From positions 1 through 64,000 of IMG/VR virus record IMGVR_UViG_3300017917_001996: a stretch of DNA of 64,000 nucleotides; one strand, written 5' to 3'. The position numbers were made by a program, and so were the translations under genes. Shown here piece by piece: positions 8,938-19,093 of the stretch (positions within the stretch are counted from its first letter, which is position 1; each line of letters starts with the position of its first letter). Below the pieces are notes generated by a model, which had not been told where the DNA came from, did not search any database, and worked only from the letters and a program-made list of their open reading frames with translations.

Positions 8938-9807
8938 ATGAAAGCATTTAAATTAAGTATTGTATCCTTAGCCATGCTAGCATTGGTAGGGTGTTCTACA
9001 GTGCGTCCATTGGGCAGCACAGATATCAGTAAAGAAGCCAAAGTATCAGAAACTATTAACAAAACGTTTTCTGTAGTTCCTACGCCAGCTGGGCCTCCAG
9101 TTGTAGTAGCGGTCTATGGTTTTACTGATAAAACTGGACAACGTAAGCCTAGTAATACATTAAGTTTGTTTAGCACTGCGGTAACACAAGGCGCAGAAAG
9201 TTATTTGATTAAGAGCCTACAAGAAGTGGGCAACGGATCTTGGTTTACTGTTGTTGAGCGTGTAGGCTTAGATAACCTACTCAAAGAGCGTCAAATGATC
9301 AAACAAACTCGCGAGATCTATGACGGAGACAAGGCCAAAATATTGCCTCCGCTAACATTAGCTGGTGTTATACTAGAAGGTGCTATTGTTGATTATAACA
9401 GCAATACATTAACTGGCGGCACTGGTGCTCGTTGGTTAGGCATTGGTCCTTATACACAGTATACTCAAGATTTAGTTGTTATTAGTCTAAGATTAATTAG
9501 TGTACAGTCTGGTGAAGTACTAACTACTGTTACAGTTGAGAAAAACCTACTAAGCACCTCTGATGGTGTCACTGCATTGAAATTCTTCAATCAATCGACT
9601 CGTGCGTTTGAGTTTGACAGCAGTCAAACATATAACGAACCTGCTAACTATGCACTTCGATCAGCAGTTGAAACAGCAATTGTAGAATTGATACGCAAAG
9701 GTGAGCGTCAAGGGCTTTGGAAGTTCAAGGAGAAACCAAATGAGCTGGTACAAAAGAACACCCAAGTTGAAGGAGCCGCCCAAGCATCTCCCGCATCACA
9801 GAAATAG
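8938..9807 (+). CDS. csgG: Curli secretion channel CsgG (lipoprotein)
   Basis: Lipobox LVGC; VAVYGFTDKTGQRKP, FSTAVTQG, WFTVVERVGLDNLLKERQMI, GGTGARWLGIG. Confidence 0.95.
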   Translation: MKAFKLSIVSLAMLALVGCSTVRPLGSTDISKEAKVSETINKTFSVVPTPAGPPVVVAVYGFTDKTGQRKPSNTLSLFSTAVTQGAESYLIKSLQEVGNGSWFTVVERVGLDNLLKERQMIKQTREIYDGDKAKILPPLTLAGVILEGAIVDYNSNTLTGGTGARWLGIGPYTQYTQDLVVISLRLISVQSGEVLTTVTVEKNLLSTSDGVTALKFFNQSTRAFEFDSSQTYNEPANYALRSAVETAIVELIRKGERQGLWKFKEKPNELVQKNTQVEGAAQASPASQK

Positions 9808-9898
9808 TCCAATAGCAGAAAAAATTAAAGAGGAAACACAAAATAAAGTAAGAGCATCAAGTAATAGCTCGGGCCCTAAAAAGAAACCTAAGGGGTAA
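9740..9898 (+). CDS. Small basic protein overlapping the csgG 3' end
   Basis: AAGGAG RBS before ATG 9740; fills the gap to 9904. Confidence 0.5.
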   Translation: MSWYKRTPKLKEPPKHLPHHRNSPIAEKIKEETQNKVRASSNSSGPKKKPKG

Positions 9899-9903
9899 AG
9901 AAA

Positions 9904-10716
9904 ATGAAAAAGACAATTTTAGCATTAATGTTAGGAGCAGTATTTCCAGCATTTGCACAAACTGCGGTGCAGTCACCTGCTAACCCTACCATTCCAACTA
10001 TGGTAACAGTAAGTCCAAATGCAACCGCAGCCTTGGCAAATACTACAACTAACCGTATTTTTATCGACCAAAGCGGCGATAATCCTAATGTCAATATGAC
10101 GCAAGACGGTAGCGGTAACAAGGCAGGCAGTGCTGCCCGCCCAATTTATCTACGTGGTATCAACCAAACAGTTGTTACACGTCAAATTGGCGTAACCAAT
10201 GAAATTAATTTAGAAGTAGTTAACCCAACAGTAGCCGATACTACACCAAATGTAGTAACTGGTGCTACTGTTACTATTCAACAAATCGGCGACAGTAACA
10301 AAGTTGACGCAGCCTGCGGTTATGGCACATTAAGCAATGGTACCACAAGCATTGCTGGGGGAACCGGTTGTAAAGCCTTGGATGTTAACTGGAAATTTAC
10401 CGGCGATAGCAATGAAATTCAATTCCGTGGAAACGGAACAGATATCAAGAGTGCAATCGATGTTCAAGGTGATACCAATAAGTTCTACATTGATGTAATG
10501 GGTGACAAGCACACACAAACCATCAAGGTAGTTGGCGACACTAACACCTTCCATATTAACCAAGCAAGCACTGGTTCTAGTGGTAGTAGCATTTGGGTCG
10601 ATCTTGCTGGCAACAGCAACAACTTGAATATTAGCCAAATTGGTACAGTTGATAATGTGCTAAACATTAAGAGTGTATCTAACAGCGGTACGTTTAATAT
10701 TACACAGAAAAACTAA
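9904..10716 (+). CDS. Curlin-repeat (CsgA/CsgB-like) secreted protein
   Basis: Signal peptide; repeated xIxQxGxxN units (IDQSGDN, TQDGSGN, RQIGVTN, QQIGDSN, SQIGTVDN). Confidence 0.8.
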   Translation: MKKTILALMLGAVFPAFAQTAVQSPANPTIPTMVTVSPNATAALANTTTNRIFIDQSGDNPNVNMTQDGSGNKAGSAARPIYLRGINQTVVTRQIGVTNEINLEVVNPTVADTTPNVVTGATVTIQQIGDSNKVDAACGYGTLSNGTTSIAGGTGCKALDVNWKFTGDSNEIQFRGNGTDIKSAIDVQGDTNKFYIDVMGDKHTQTIKVVGDTNTFHINQASTGSSGSSIWVDLAGNSNNLNISQIGTVDNVLNIKSVSNSGTFNITQKN

Positions 10717-10727
10717 GAGGGTATACC

Positions 10728-11831
10728 ATGAGGTTACCCCTCTTAGTCGCTGGACTATTCCTTTCAATATCGGCGTGGGCTGGAATAGGCTCTGTTACCG
10801 ATTTAACTGGTGCCGCTCAAATTAAGCGCGGTAAGGAAACTATTACGGTTTCAAAGGGCACCGCTATTGAAATGAATGACAAAGTTGAGACTAAAAACGG
10901 TAAATTAACTATCGTTTTTAAAGACGAAACAAATGTCAAGGTCAGCGAACATAGCAGTTTAGTGATTGACGATTTTGTCTACGATCCTAAAAGCGGCAAA
11001 GGTTCTTTAGCAATGAAAGCAGCCGGCGGTGCTGTGCGTTATACATCTGGCGCACTGGCCAAAGACCCTAAGCAAGTTAAAATAAACACACCTACTGCGG
11101 CTATTGCTGTGCGCGGCACAGATTTTGTTATGGCCGTTAACGAAGTAGGATCTAGCGTCATAGTACTGATGCCCACTTGCGATTGGGAAACTAGTTCGGT
11201 CAAGGGTGTTACCTGCGGTAGCAGTGGACGCATTGATGTTGAAAGTGGAACAAAAACTATTACATTAGATAAGGCATACGAAGCCACGGTAGTTGAAACA
11301 CTCGGAGCTCCACCGAGTCCTCCAATGATTGTTAGTATGAGTCAAGGTAATATAGGAACAAACTTATTAGTCAGCGAACCAAAAACTGCCAGTGGACGAT
11401 CAGTGGTTGCTGCTGCTAGGGCTGCAATGGATAAAACTGACGATAGTAAAAAAGATGATGCAGCCAAAGAAGAACAAAAGGTTGCTAGTAAAAGCACTGA
11501 TGAATCCAACAAACGATCTGCAGGCAGTGAAGACACATCTACAGTTAAAGTTGTTGTTGATACCACAAAGTTAGGTATAGATGTTGGCGATAGTACCAAA
11601 GAAAACCCATATGTACATAAGATATGGAAGGACAAAAGTGAGACGCAACAAATCGGCTGGCAATACGAAAGTTTGAGTCAGAACGGGAACAATTATACAA
11701 ACATTACTCTGCCTTTAGACACTAAGGTTTTGGTTATTGTAACGCAAGACAGAATTACAGATGCTTATAACTTTAACACGCAGAGCACTAAATCCTACGG
11801 ACAAATTGTTATTAATCAAACATACAGATGA
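10728..11831 (+). CDS. FecR-domain periplasmic protein
   Basis: Signal peptide; IEMNDKVET, VKINTPTAAIAVRGTDF. Confidence 0.85.
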   Translation: MRLPLLVAGLFLSISAWAGIGSVTDLTGAAQIKRGKETITVSKGTAIEMNDKVETKNGKLTIVFKDETNVKVSEHSSLVIDDFVYDPKSGKGSLAMKAAGGAVRYTSGALAKDPKQVKINTPTAAIAVRGTDFVMAVNEVGSSVIVLMPTCDWETSSVKGVTCGSSGRIDVESGTKTITLDKAYEATVVETLGAPPSPPMIVSMSQGNIGTNLLVSEPKTASGRSVVAAARAAMDKTDDSKKDDAAKEEQKVASKSTDESNKRSAGSEDTSTVKVVVDTTKLGIDVGDSTKENPYVHKIWKDKSETQQIGWQYESLSQNGNNYTNITLPLDTKVLVIVTQDRITDAYNFNTQSTKSYGQIVINQTYR

Positions 11832-13384
11832 TAAAAATATTATTTTCATTGTTATTATTGTTTAGCGGTATCGCCCATTCACAGAACATAGGGTTCGAAT
11901 CCGGTAATCTTTCAAACTGGACCACTTCGGGAACAGATGCAACAGTTAGCACCGGACTAAACAATGCCTCCTACGGTGGTGGTCTAACATGGACCATTAA
12001 GCCATATGGAACATACATGGCTCAGCTATATCCTAGCGGCAGCGTACAGTTCGACGGCGCTACCAGTAGCCTAGGTCTTACTAGCGCAGACAATACTGCC
12101 ATTAGAAATTTCATGACTGCCAACGCAGGTGGCGGCAGCCCTACTCCAACAAATGCAACCTGGATCAAAAGAACTGTAACGTTACAGGCAGGAACTACCT
12201 ACAGTTTTGCTTGGAACTATCTGTCTACAGATTATACACCATTTAACGACGGTTCAATGATCACCTTGGTACACACCACAGATGCCACCAAGATACCAAC
12301 ATTAAACAATGAGCAGAAAAGATATGCCTTACTAGGATTTACTAACCCTGGCACAGGAAACTATTCCACAGGCAGCTATGGTAGCACCGGTTGGCAGTTA
12401 GCAGTGTTTACTGTGCCAGTAACCGGCGACTACGTACTTGGATTTGCTACTTTTAACCTAGGCGATACTGCTCTAAGCCCTATGTTGTTCATTGATGAAC
12501 TACAAGGTGTTACAGAATTAAACGGACAGACTTTTGCTCCTATCGCTCCTAACGCAGGTAGTAGCGCACCAGTCACCGGAGGTGGCAGTAGCGAACCTAC
12601 GTACACATCTGACATAACTCCAGCACAAACATTGATTCTCAACAATGCAAGAACTAGACAAAATGCTATCACTTCAGGTAACAGAATTGACTTGTACAGC
12701 GATGGTTCTGGCAACAGCGTTACTATAGAGCAAGTAGGAAGTTATAACAGAATAAAAGGCCTTGGTACTGCACAAAATGCACACGTAGCAGGCTTTGGTA
12801 CCGCTGTAGACATCAAACAAGGCGAAGTTGGTGCTACCAGGAATCTAATAGAATTGTATGTACAAGGTAATGGCAACAACGTAACTTTAAGTCAAGCCCG
12901 AAATACTTCAACAGGTCTGGTCGATGGTGCAGAAAGTGGAGGGCATTATATGGGGTTGTCTCTAACTGGTGACATCAACTCAATAACCATTCGCCAGGGT
13001 AACGACGGTGGCAGTAACAGCGGTCACTTTACCTTACAAACTATCACAGGCAATTTTAACAACAGCACATTAAATCAAAGTAACAACGGCGAAAAACAAG
13101 CATTTATTAGTATAGACGGTAGCAGTAACAACAGCACCGTAATACAAAGTGGTACTGGTAATCATTATTTAGATTTAACCCTGACAGGAAACGGTAATAG
13201 TGCCAGTGTTACACAAAAAGATTCGGGTAGCCATAAGGCCACAATCAACTTATCTAATGTAGGTGGGCCAAGTTCGGCAACCGTAGTACAACAAGGTAGC
13301 ACCAATCAAGTCTACAATATTAGTCAACAATGTGCTACACTATCAGGGTGTTCTGTTAGTGTTACTCAAGGAACCGGGCCATGA
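11828..13384 (+). CDS. Secreted protein with an N-terminal beta-sandwich-like domain and C-terminal curlin repeats
   Basis: Signal peptide; GFESGNLSNW; many QxGxxN/H repeats in the C-terminal half. Confidence 0.8.
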   Translation: MIKILFSLLLLFSGIAHSQNIGFESGNLSNWTTSGTDATVSTGLNNASYGGGLTWTIKPYGTYMAQLYPSGSVQFDGATSSLGLTSADNTAIRNFMTANAGGGSPTPTNATWIKRTVTLQAGTTYSFAWNYLSTDYTPFNDGSMITLVHTTDATKIPTLNNEQKRYALLGFTNPGTGNYSTGSYGSTGWQLAVFTVPVTGDYVLGFATFNLGDTALSPMLFIDELQGVTELNGQTFAPIAPNAGSSAPVTGGGSSEPTYTSDITPAQTLILNNARTRQNAITSGNRIDLYSDGSGNSVTIEQVGSYNRIKGLGTAQNAHVAGFGTAVDIKQGEVGATRNLIELYVQGNGNNVTLSQARNTSTGLVDGAESGGHYMGLSLTGDINSITIRQGNDGGSNSGHFTLQTITGNFNNSTLNQSNNGEKQAFISIDGSSNNSTVIQSGTGNHYLDLTLTGNGNSASVTQKDSGSHKATINLSNVGGPSSATVVQQGSTNQVYNISQQCATLSGCSVSVTQGTGP

Positions 13385-13605
13385 TTGACTGGTCATTGTC
13401 TGCAGATTTGCAAACAAAATACAATGACATTCTAGAACGAAATAGAAAACTCCAACTTGAGTTGGGCATAGTTCCTAGAACATTAGAACAACGTGCTCAA
13501 GATTACGAAAAGAAAAAACTAGAACGAGAACAGGCTGCACAGGAGTTAGCTAGATTAAAAGCACTAACTGCCAATAGAAGACCACCGCCACGCTGGAAAG
13601 TGTAA
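13381..13605 (+). CDS. Hypothetical coiled-coil protein
   Basis: ORF overlaps the upstream stop (ATGA). Confidence 0.55.
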   Translation: MIDWSLSADLQTKYNDILERNRKLQLELGIVPRTLEQRAQDYEKKKLEREQAAQELARLKALTANRRPPPRWKV

Positions 13606-13627
13606 ATACTATTTTAAGGAGAACACC

Positions 13628-13918
13628 ATGCGCCAATTACTTTTAGGTGTTCTACTATTACCCGCTATCGCATTTGCTGAGCCTGTAACCGTAGAAAAAC
13701 CTGTAGTCTGCGAAAAAACAAAAATTCTAATAGAAGTGTTATCTGGTAGTGATTATAAAGAAGTACCGGTCTGGACAGGTCGCGACGACACCAGCAGGTA
13801 CAGCATCTTTGCCAATGAAAAGACCGGGTCCTGGACCATTATACAATTTAATGCAAATATTGCTTGCGTTTTAGGATCAGGTGAAGGACACAACTTCGTA
13901 AAGAAAACCAGAGTTTAA
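13628..13918 (+). CDS. Small secreted protein with two Cys
   Basis: AAGGAG RBS, signal peptide. Confidence 0.7.
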   Translation: MRQLLLGVLLLPAIAFAEPVTVEKPVVCEKTKILIEVLSGSDYKEVPVWTGRDDTSRYSIFANEKTGSWTIIQFNANIACVLGSGEGHNFVKKTRV

Positions 13919-13946
13919 GCAGTTTTTCATAGCTAAATATTAGACT

Positions 13947-16007
13947 ATGAAAAAAATCTTGCTAAATCCGTGGACAGCATTAGTTACCCTAATTGTTGTT
14001 GCACTAATTCGTTTCTTTGATCCTGCATTTGTTGAATCGGTAAGACTACGTTATTTTGACCAGCTCGTTGTAGGACAACCTGCTACGGAAATTCCTGTAG
14101 ACGTCGTTAACATTGACGAAGCCACCTTAGACAAATACGGACAGTTTCCTTTTCCTCGGGACATATACGCAAAAATAATACAGGATTTATACAAACGCAA
14201 TGCTGGCTTGGTTGTGTTTAACGTAATGATGCCTGAAGCAGATCGTTTTAAACAAGATCCTGTACTGGCACAAACACTAAATCAATATCCAGTTGTTTTA
14301 CCTAAGTTAGCACATACCAAGCAAAAGAATAAAGACCTAGGTAGTGCAGTACAATTATTAGGACAAGATCCCAGTGGGCGCATAGTAGAGTACCCTGGGC
14401 TAATCAACAACGTTCCTGCACTCGAAGAGATTGCTGCCGGAGTCGGTATCGTAAACACATTCCCAGAAATCGACGGCGTTCTACGTCGTATGCCATTAGT
14501 TGTTATGACCGGTAACGGTAATGTACATCCTGCTATCGCCCTTGAAGCATTGCGAGTGGCAGCAGGTGATGATAAGGTGCAGGTTAAGATCGGGGATGTT
14601 GGTGTCGAAGCTTTACGTGTTCCAAAATTTGGACGCCTTGACACAGATAACCTAAGTCGCATCTGGATTGATTGGAGTAAAAAGCCTGCTGAATACAGTC
14701 TAATGAATTTACCTGCAAGTTTTGATAACAAGATTGTTATTGTTGGACTAAGCGCACAAGGACTAGTAAATCCGATTGCTACTGCTCGCGGCGAAGTTTG
14801 GCCTCATAACATGCAAGCCAGCGTTATGGGTACACTGTTAACCAACACCAACATACAAAGACCAGGTTATGCCGACAACTTAGAACTAGCGTCAATTGTA
14901 ATTGCTGGTATTATTTTAATCTTTTTAATGAGGTGGACTTATGTTGGTATCGCTGCCACTGTGGTTACGATTGGTGGTGTTATTGCTGGTAGCATGTATG
15001 CTTACAGTAATTACTTATTCTTATTCGATAGCACTGCCTTTGCAGTTGGCGTGGGCCTGGTCGCTCTGCACGCCTACATGGTAAAGTTTGTTAGTGAGTT
15101 CTTACAGAAGCAACAGATTAGAAAACAATTCCAAAGCTATCTAAGTCCTGACTTGGTTGCTAAACTAATCAAAGATCCTAGCCTATTAAAACTAGGCGGC
15201 GAAGAAAAAGAATTAAGTATCATGTTCACAGACGTTCGTGGCTTTACCAGCATCAGCGAACACTACGGTAAAGACGTACAGGGTCTAACAAGCATCATGA
15301 ACAGATACATGACTGCTATGACTCGTACCATTTTAGAAACAGGCGGTACACTAGACAAGTATATCGGTGATGCACAGATGGCTTTCTGGAACGCACCATT
15401 GGATGAAACAAAGCACTGTAAAGATGCTGTTGAAGCAGCATTACAAATGTTAGGAAGTTTAGATGGATTTAATAAGAGCATTAGTGATGAAGGTGTTCCT
15501 CCCTTTGGGATGGGCATTGGTATTAATACCGGCGTTGTTGTTGTTGGGAATATGGGCAGCGAGCAACGTTTTGATTATACTTGCCTCGGCGATGCTGTCA
15601 ATCTCGCTTCGAGGCTTGAAGGCCAAAGCAAGAACTATGGCGTACTCATTGTCTTGGGACCGATCACAGCAGAAAGACTAGGCGACGAATACTTTACCCT
15701 CGAACTCGACTGTATTGCTGTTAAGGGTAAGAAAGATGGTGTAAACATTTTTACAGTATTCTACAACCCAGATAACGAAGTTGAAATGGTTAAATGGAAG
15801 ACTGCCAGAGAATTACACGACTTAATGTTAGCGCACTATCGCCGTCAAGAATGGGATAAAGCCGTTGCTCTGTGCAATGAGTTAAAAGGTGAATTCAATG
15901 GTGGCATGGACCACTATTACGAGCTATGGCTAGAAAGAATCGAGGGGATGCAAAATGCAGGTTTACCGGCTGATTGGGATGGAATTTTTAGGGCGCAATC
16001 GAAGTAA
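13947..16007 (+). CDS. CHASE2-domain class III adenylate cyclase
   Basis: CHASE2 (VNIDEATLDKYGQFPFPR, DGVLRRMPL), 3 TM helices, FTDVRGFT, DKYIGDA, DYTCLGDAVNLASRLEG; the K and D/T residues fit ATP specificity. Confidence 0.93.
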   Translation: MKKILLNPWTALVTLIVVALIRFFDPAFVESVRLRYFDQLVVGQPATEIPVDVVNIDEATLDKYGQFPFPRDIYAKIIQDLYKRNAGLVVFNVMMPEADRFKQDPVLAQTLNQYPVVLPKLAHTKQKNKDLGSAVQLLGQDPSGRIVEYPGLINNVPALEEIAAGVGIVNTFPEIDGVLRRMPLVVMTGNGNVHPAIALEALRVAAGDDKVQVKIGDVGVEALRVPKFGRLDTDNLSRIWIDWSKKPAEYSLMNLPASFDNKIVIVGLSAQGLVNPIATARGEVWPHNMQASVMGTLLTNTNIQRPGYADNLELASIVIAGIILIFLMRWTYVGIAATVVTIGGVIAGSMYAYSNYLFLFDSTAFAVGVGLVALHAYMVKFVSEFLQKQQIRKQFQSYLSPDLVAKLIKDPSLLKLGGEEKELSIMFTDVRGFTSISEHYGKDVQGLTSIMNRYMTAMTRTILETGGTLDKYIGDAQMAFWNAPLDETKHCKDAVEAALQMLGSLDGFNKSISDEGVPPFGMGIGINTGVVVVGNMGSEQRFDYTCLGDAVNLASRLEGQSKNYGVLIVLGPITAERLGDEYFTLELDCIAVKGKKDGVNIFTVFYNPDNEVEMVKWKTARELHDLMLAHYRRQEWDKAVALCNELKGEFNGGMDHYYELWLERIEGMQNAGLPADWDGIFRAQSK

Positions 16008-16033
16008 TTTCTGCGCTACTACTAAATAAGAGT

Positions 16034-16585
16034 ATGAAACATACTCACCACATTATACCGAGACATATGGGCGGATCTGACGACCCATCGAATTTAGTAG
16101 AATTAACCATCGAAGAACATGCAGAAGCACATCGTTTGCTCTATGAACAACATGGCCATTGGCAAGATAAAGTTGCTTGGCGCGGATTGTTAGGGCTAAT
16201 AGGACACGAAGATATTATGCGAGAAATGTATGATGCCAGAAAAGGCAAAGGCAATGTTATGTATAGAAAACCTTGTTTTTACAAAATGACAGATGAAGAA
16301 AAAGAACGCTGGAAAGACAATTTAAGCAAAGCCAAAAAAGGCAAAAAGAAACCGGATGGGTTTAAAGAAAAATTAAGTAAAAGAAATTCCGGAGAAGGTA
16401 ATCCTATGTACGGAAAAGAGCCCTGGAACAAAGGAAAACAAATTGGTCCACAATCTGCCGAATCAAGACGAAAAAAAGGAAAACCCCTGATTTACAAAGG
16501 CATTGAGTACAATAGTATCAACGAAGCAGAAAAATTAACAGGCATTAGTGCTTATAAAATAACCAAAGACTGCAAATTTATTTAA
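16034..16585 (+). mobile_element. HNH homing endonuclease with NUMOD3-like repeats
   Basis: HHIIPRHMGGSDDPSNLVELTIEEHAEAH; GEGNPMYGK; CTAAATA promoter at 16022. Confidence 0.85.
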
Positions 16586-16857
16586 TGAAATACTTATTAC
16601 TAATTCCAACTATTCTCCTAGTAGGGTGCGCTTCGTCAAGTAAAATTGAAATACTTGAACACGAAAACAGGATCCTTAAAGAACAACTAGAGCAGCAGCA
16701 ACAAAAACGCATCTACCATTACATAGAAAAAATTGAAAAGATTCCAGAAAAACCATTCAAGGTTTGCCCGGAACAACCCAAGGACGATGATTATCCTTGT
16801 ATTAAAATGGGCCCGACTAAAACATTGGGCGTACAAGGTTTGCTTATTTTACGTTAA
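16585..16857 (+). CDS. Small lipoprotein
   Basis: Lipobox LVGC. Confidence 0.6.
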   Translation: MKYLLLIPTILLVGCASSSKIEILEHENRILKEQLEQQQQKRIYHYIEKIEKIPEKPFKVCPEQPKDDDYPCIKMGPTKTLGVQGLLILR

Positions 16858-16978
16858 TCTGGTAAAGTTAGATTTGATTTCTGCTAGTACTGGAACTTAT
16901 AATAGTTGTAAGTTCTTGTAGTACCATGGAAGGGGCTAATAAATAATTTATATCCTTTTCGAATTTTAGGATTTATCA

Positions 16979-17356
16979 ATGGTTGAAACCTTAATTTTAT
17001 TTTTTGTTTTACAGGTCAAGCACTATGTGGCTGATTTTGTAATTCAAACATACGCTCAGACAGTTCGTAAAGGAATTTATAGAGATCCTGTAGGCATAAG
17101 CCACAGTGCAGATCATGTTATAGGCAGCTTGGTTGCACTGTTGATTGCCAGCTTCTTTGTGCCAATGTCTATGCCATTTATAATTCTACTGTGTTTTATA
17201 GAAGGCATCTTACACTACCACATTGATTGGACCAAAGTACATTTTGGTTGTAAGGATATAACAAAACCTTTGTTCTGGAACCAATTTGGTATTGACCAAC
17301 TGGCGCACCAGTTTACTTATTTAGGTATGGTTCTGTTACTATTGACGTATCGTTAA
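16979..17356 (+). CDS. DUF3307-like membrane protein
   Basis: KHYVADF, HYHIDWTK, GIDQLAH. Confidence 0.75.
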   Translation: MVETLILFFVLQVKHYVADFVIQTYAQTVRKGIYRDPVGISHSADHVIGSLVALLIASFFVPMSMPFIILLCFIEGILHYHIDWTKVHFGCKDITKPLFWNQFGIDQLAHQFTYLGMVLLLLTYR

Positions 17357-17754
17357 TCGTCGCCGGAAGCGTCTTTAATTTCCTGAGCTGTAGCTTTACG
17401 TTTACCAATTGGTTGCTCTGCTTTTGCCGCTTCGGCTTTCTTAGCTTCTTCTTCACGTCGCTTCTTATAAGGATCAACGTTAATATCAGCTTCAGCAATC
17501 ATGCGTTCCTTTTCAATTGTTTTGCCACGCAATTGCAAAACAACTTCGACCTTTTGATTCAGCCTGATAAGATCATTGTCAAGCATACGAATACGATCAA
17601 TAAGAGCGATAAGAGTTCCATTGGCTTGTCCTATAACAGGTTTGATTTCGGTAGTGACCCAAGTCCAGACATAGTAGATAAAGCCCCCCATTCCTGCGGC
17701 AGCTATAATAGGGAAACCATATTTTGCTATTAGATCTGGTAAGTTACTTTCCAT
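17353..17754 (-). CDS. Single-TM coiled-coil protein (YvrJ-like GFPI motif)
   Basis: KYGFPIIAA TM, then LIDRIRMLDNDLIRL; paralogous to 18298-18579. Confidence 0.7.
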   Translation of the reverse strand: MESNLPDLIAKYGFPIIAAAGMGGFIYYVWTWVTTEIKPVIGQANGTLIALIDRIRMLDNDLIRLNQKVEVVLQLRGKTIEKERMIAEADINVDPYKKRREEEAKKAEAAKAEQPIGKRKATAQEIKDASGDD

Positions 17755-18259
17755 TTAAATTCCTCTTACATTTTTCAAAATGATATCTTGTCATATTTGC
17801 GCCTTTGCCTGTAACCCCGCAATGCGGGCAACTTCTATTAGGCTGTCTTGCTTGAGCATCTTTTAGTTTTTGTTTCCACTCAGAAGAAAACGGTTCTCTA
17901 ACCTTTCCTTTGTGAGCTTCGGATATTTTTCTTTTATGTTCTTCACTTTTGCTTTTACCAGCAAGGGCAGCAGCATTTTTATTTCCCTTTAACCAAGGTT
18001 TAGATTTTCCTTTATGAGCTTCGGATATTTTTCTTTTATGCTCTTCGCTTTTCGGTTGGGTTAGAATATCTTTTATTATTTCTGCACCAGTTATCATTTT
18101 TGCCAGGCCCATCCAAGCTCTTTTATCTTCAATTCGACCAAATTGTTCATACAACAGTCGATGAGCCTCTGCGTGTTCCTCAACAGTTAGTTCTATTAGA
18201 TTAGATGGGTCGTCGGTACCGCCCATATGCCTTGGTATGATGTGATGAGTATGTTTCAT
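17744..18259 (-). mobile_element. HNH homing endonuclease with NUMOD3 repeats
   Basis: HHIIPRHMGGTDDPSNL; KSEEHKRKISEAHKGK twice; probable ATG at 18259. Confidence 0.85.
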
Positions 18260-18297
18260 AGTAAATTTATTTATCTTATTTACTATGTTTGGCACCA

Positions 18298-18579
18298 TCA
18301 GTCTCTCCTTTGATCTGATTGCTCTGCTCGACTGATACGATAGTAATCCGGTTGCAATCCTAGTGCATGACTAATCTTAACATCAACCCGTTGTAGGTCG
18401 TTGGTCATAGTGTCTACACGAGCATCTAGGCCTTTGATGATTCCTGCCATGCCGTTAACGCTAGAAGTAACGCCAGCTAAAATAAACTTTAGTGTCAAAA
18501 ACACAAAGTACCCTGCCGCTAGTGCGGCTGCAATTGGGAAGCCTACATCGGCTACGAGTTTTAAGAAGTCCATAAACAT
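18298..18579 (-). CDS. Single-TM coiled-coil protein (YvrJ-like GFPI motif)
   Basis: DVGFPIAAA TM, then LDARVDTMTNDLQRV. Confidence 0.7.
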   Translation of the reverse strand: MFMDFLKLVADVGFPIAAALAAGYFVFLTLKFILAGVTSSVNGMAGIIKGLDARVDTMTNDLQRVDVKISHALGLQPDYYRISRAEQSDQRRD

Positions 18580-18612
18580 ATTTATTTCGGACAGTAATAA
18601 ATTAGTATTACA

Positions 18613-18641
18613 TTGCTCTAGATTAAGAGTTATGCTATAAT
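18613..18641 (+). promoter_or_regulatory. Sigma70-like promoter with extended -10
   Basis: TTGCTC-N17-TATAAT, TGC before the -10. Confidence 0.65.
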
Positions 18642-18666
18642 ATGGTTTTCAACCACGGAGTTTCTG

Positions 18667-19062
18667 ATGAGTATGCACCTGCACCACCCTAGTCTTAGCC
18701 TCAATGGTAAAAAGAAGGGCAAGGTTAAATTCCGTAATGCAGACGAAGCAAGAAAGGCACGCGAATTGGATAAAGAATGGAAAGAGCTACAAGCTAAATG
18801 GGGTGTAGAAGCAGAAGACCGCAAGCGTCGACGTGCTATGTCTGCTGAGCCACTTGACTATAAACTGAGCACTCCTGCAGGTCGTACAACCACTAATCAT
18901 ATTCCTAGCAAAGATACAGGTATCGGTGTTGCTGCCGCGGCACCGACTAAAGTTTACACAGGTACAAAAATGTTGGGCATTGGCACTATGCACAAGTCAA
19001 ACAGCGTTCCTATTTTTAGCGACGAAGAAGCGGTAGCAATATCAACTATGCGCCGCAACTAA
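18667..19062 (+). CDS. Basic phage hypothetical protein
   Basis: GGAG RBS, own promoter and terminator; GTMHKSNSVP motif. Confidence 0.75.
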   Translation: MSMHLHHPSLSLNGKKKGKVKFRNADEARKARELDKEWKELQAKWGVEAEDRKRRRAMSAEPLDYKLSTPAGRTTTNHIPSKDTGIGVAAAAPTKVYTGTKMLGIGTMHKSNSVPIFSDEEAVAISTMRRN

Positions 19063-19066
19063 ACTG

Positions 19067-19090
19067 ACCCGCTTCGGCGGGTTTCTTTTT
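19067..19090 (+). terminator. Intrinsic terminator (UUCG loop)
   Basis: ACCCGC-TTCG-GCGGGT-TTCTTTTT. Confidence 0.9.
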
Positions 19091-19093
19091 CCC

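Noticed and set aside
16887-16924. Imperfect hairpin in the 16857-16979 intergenic region
   Set aside because: AT-rich and weak, with no T-tail or second copy; insufficient support
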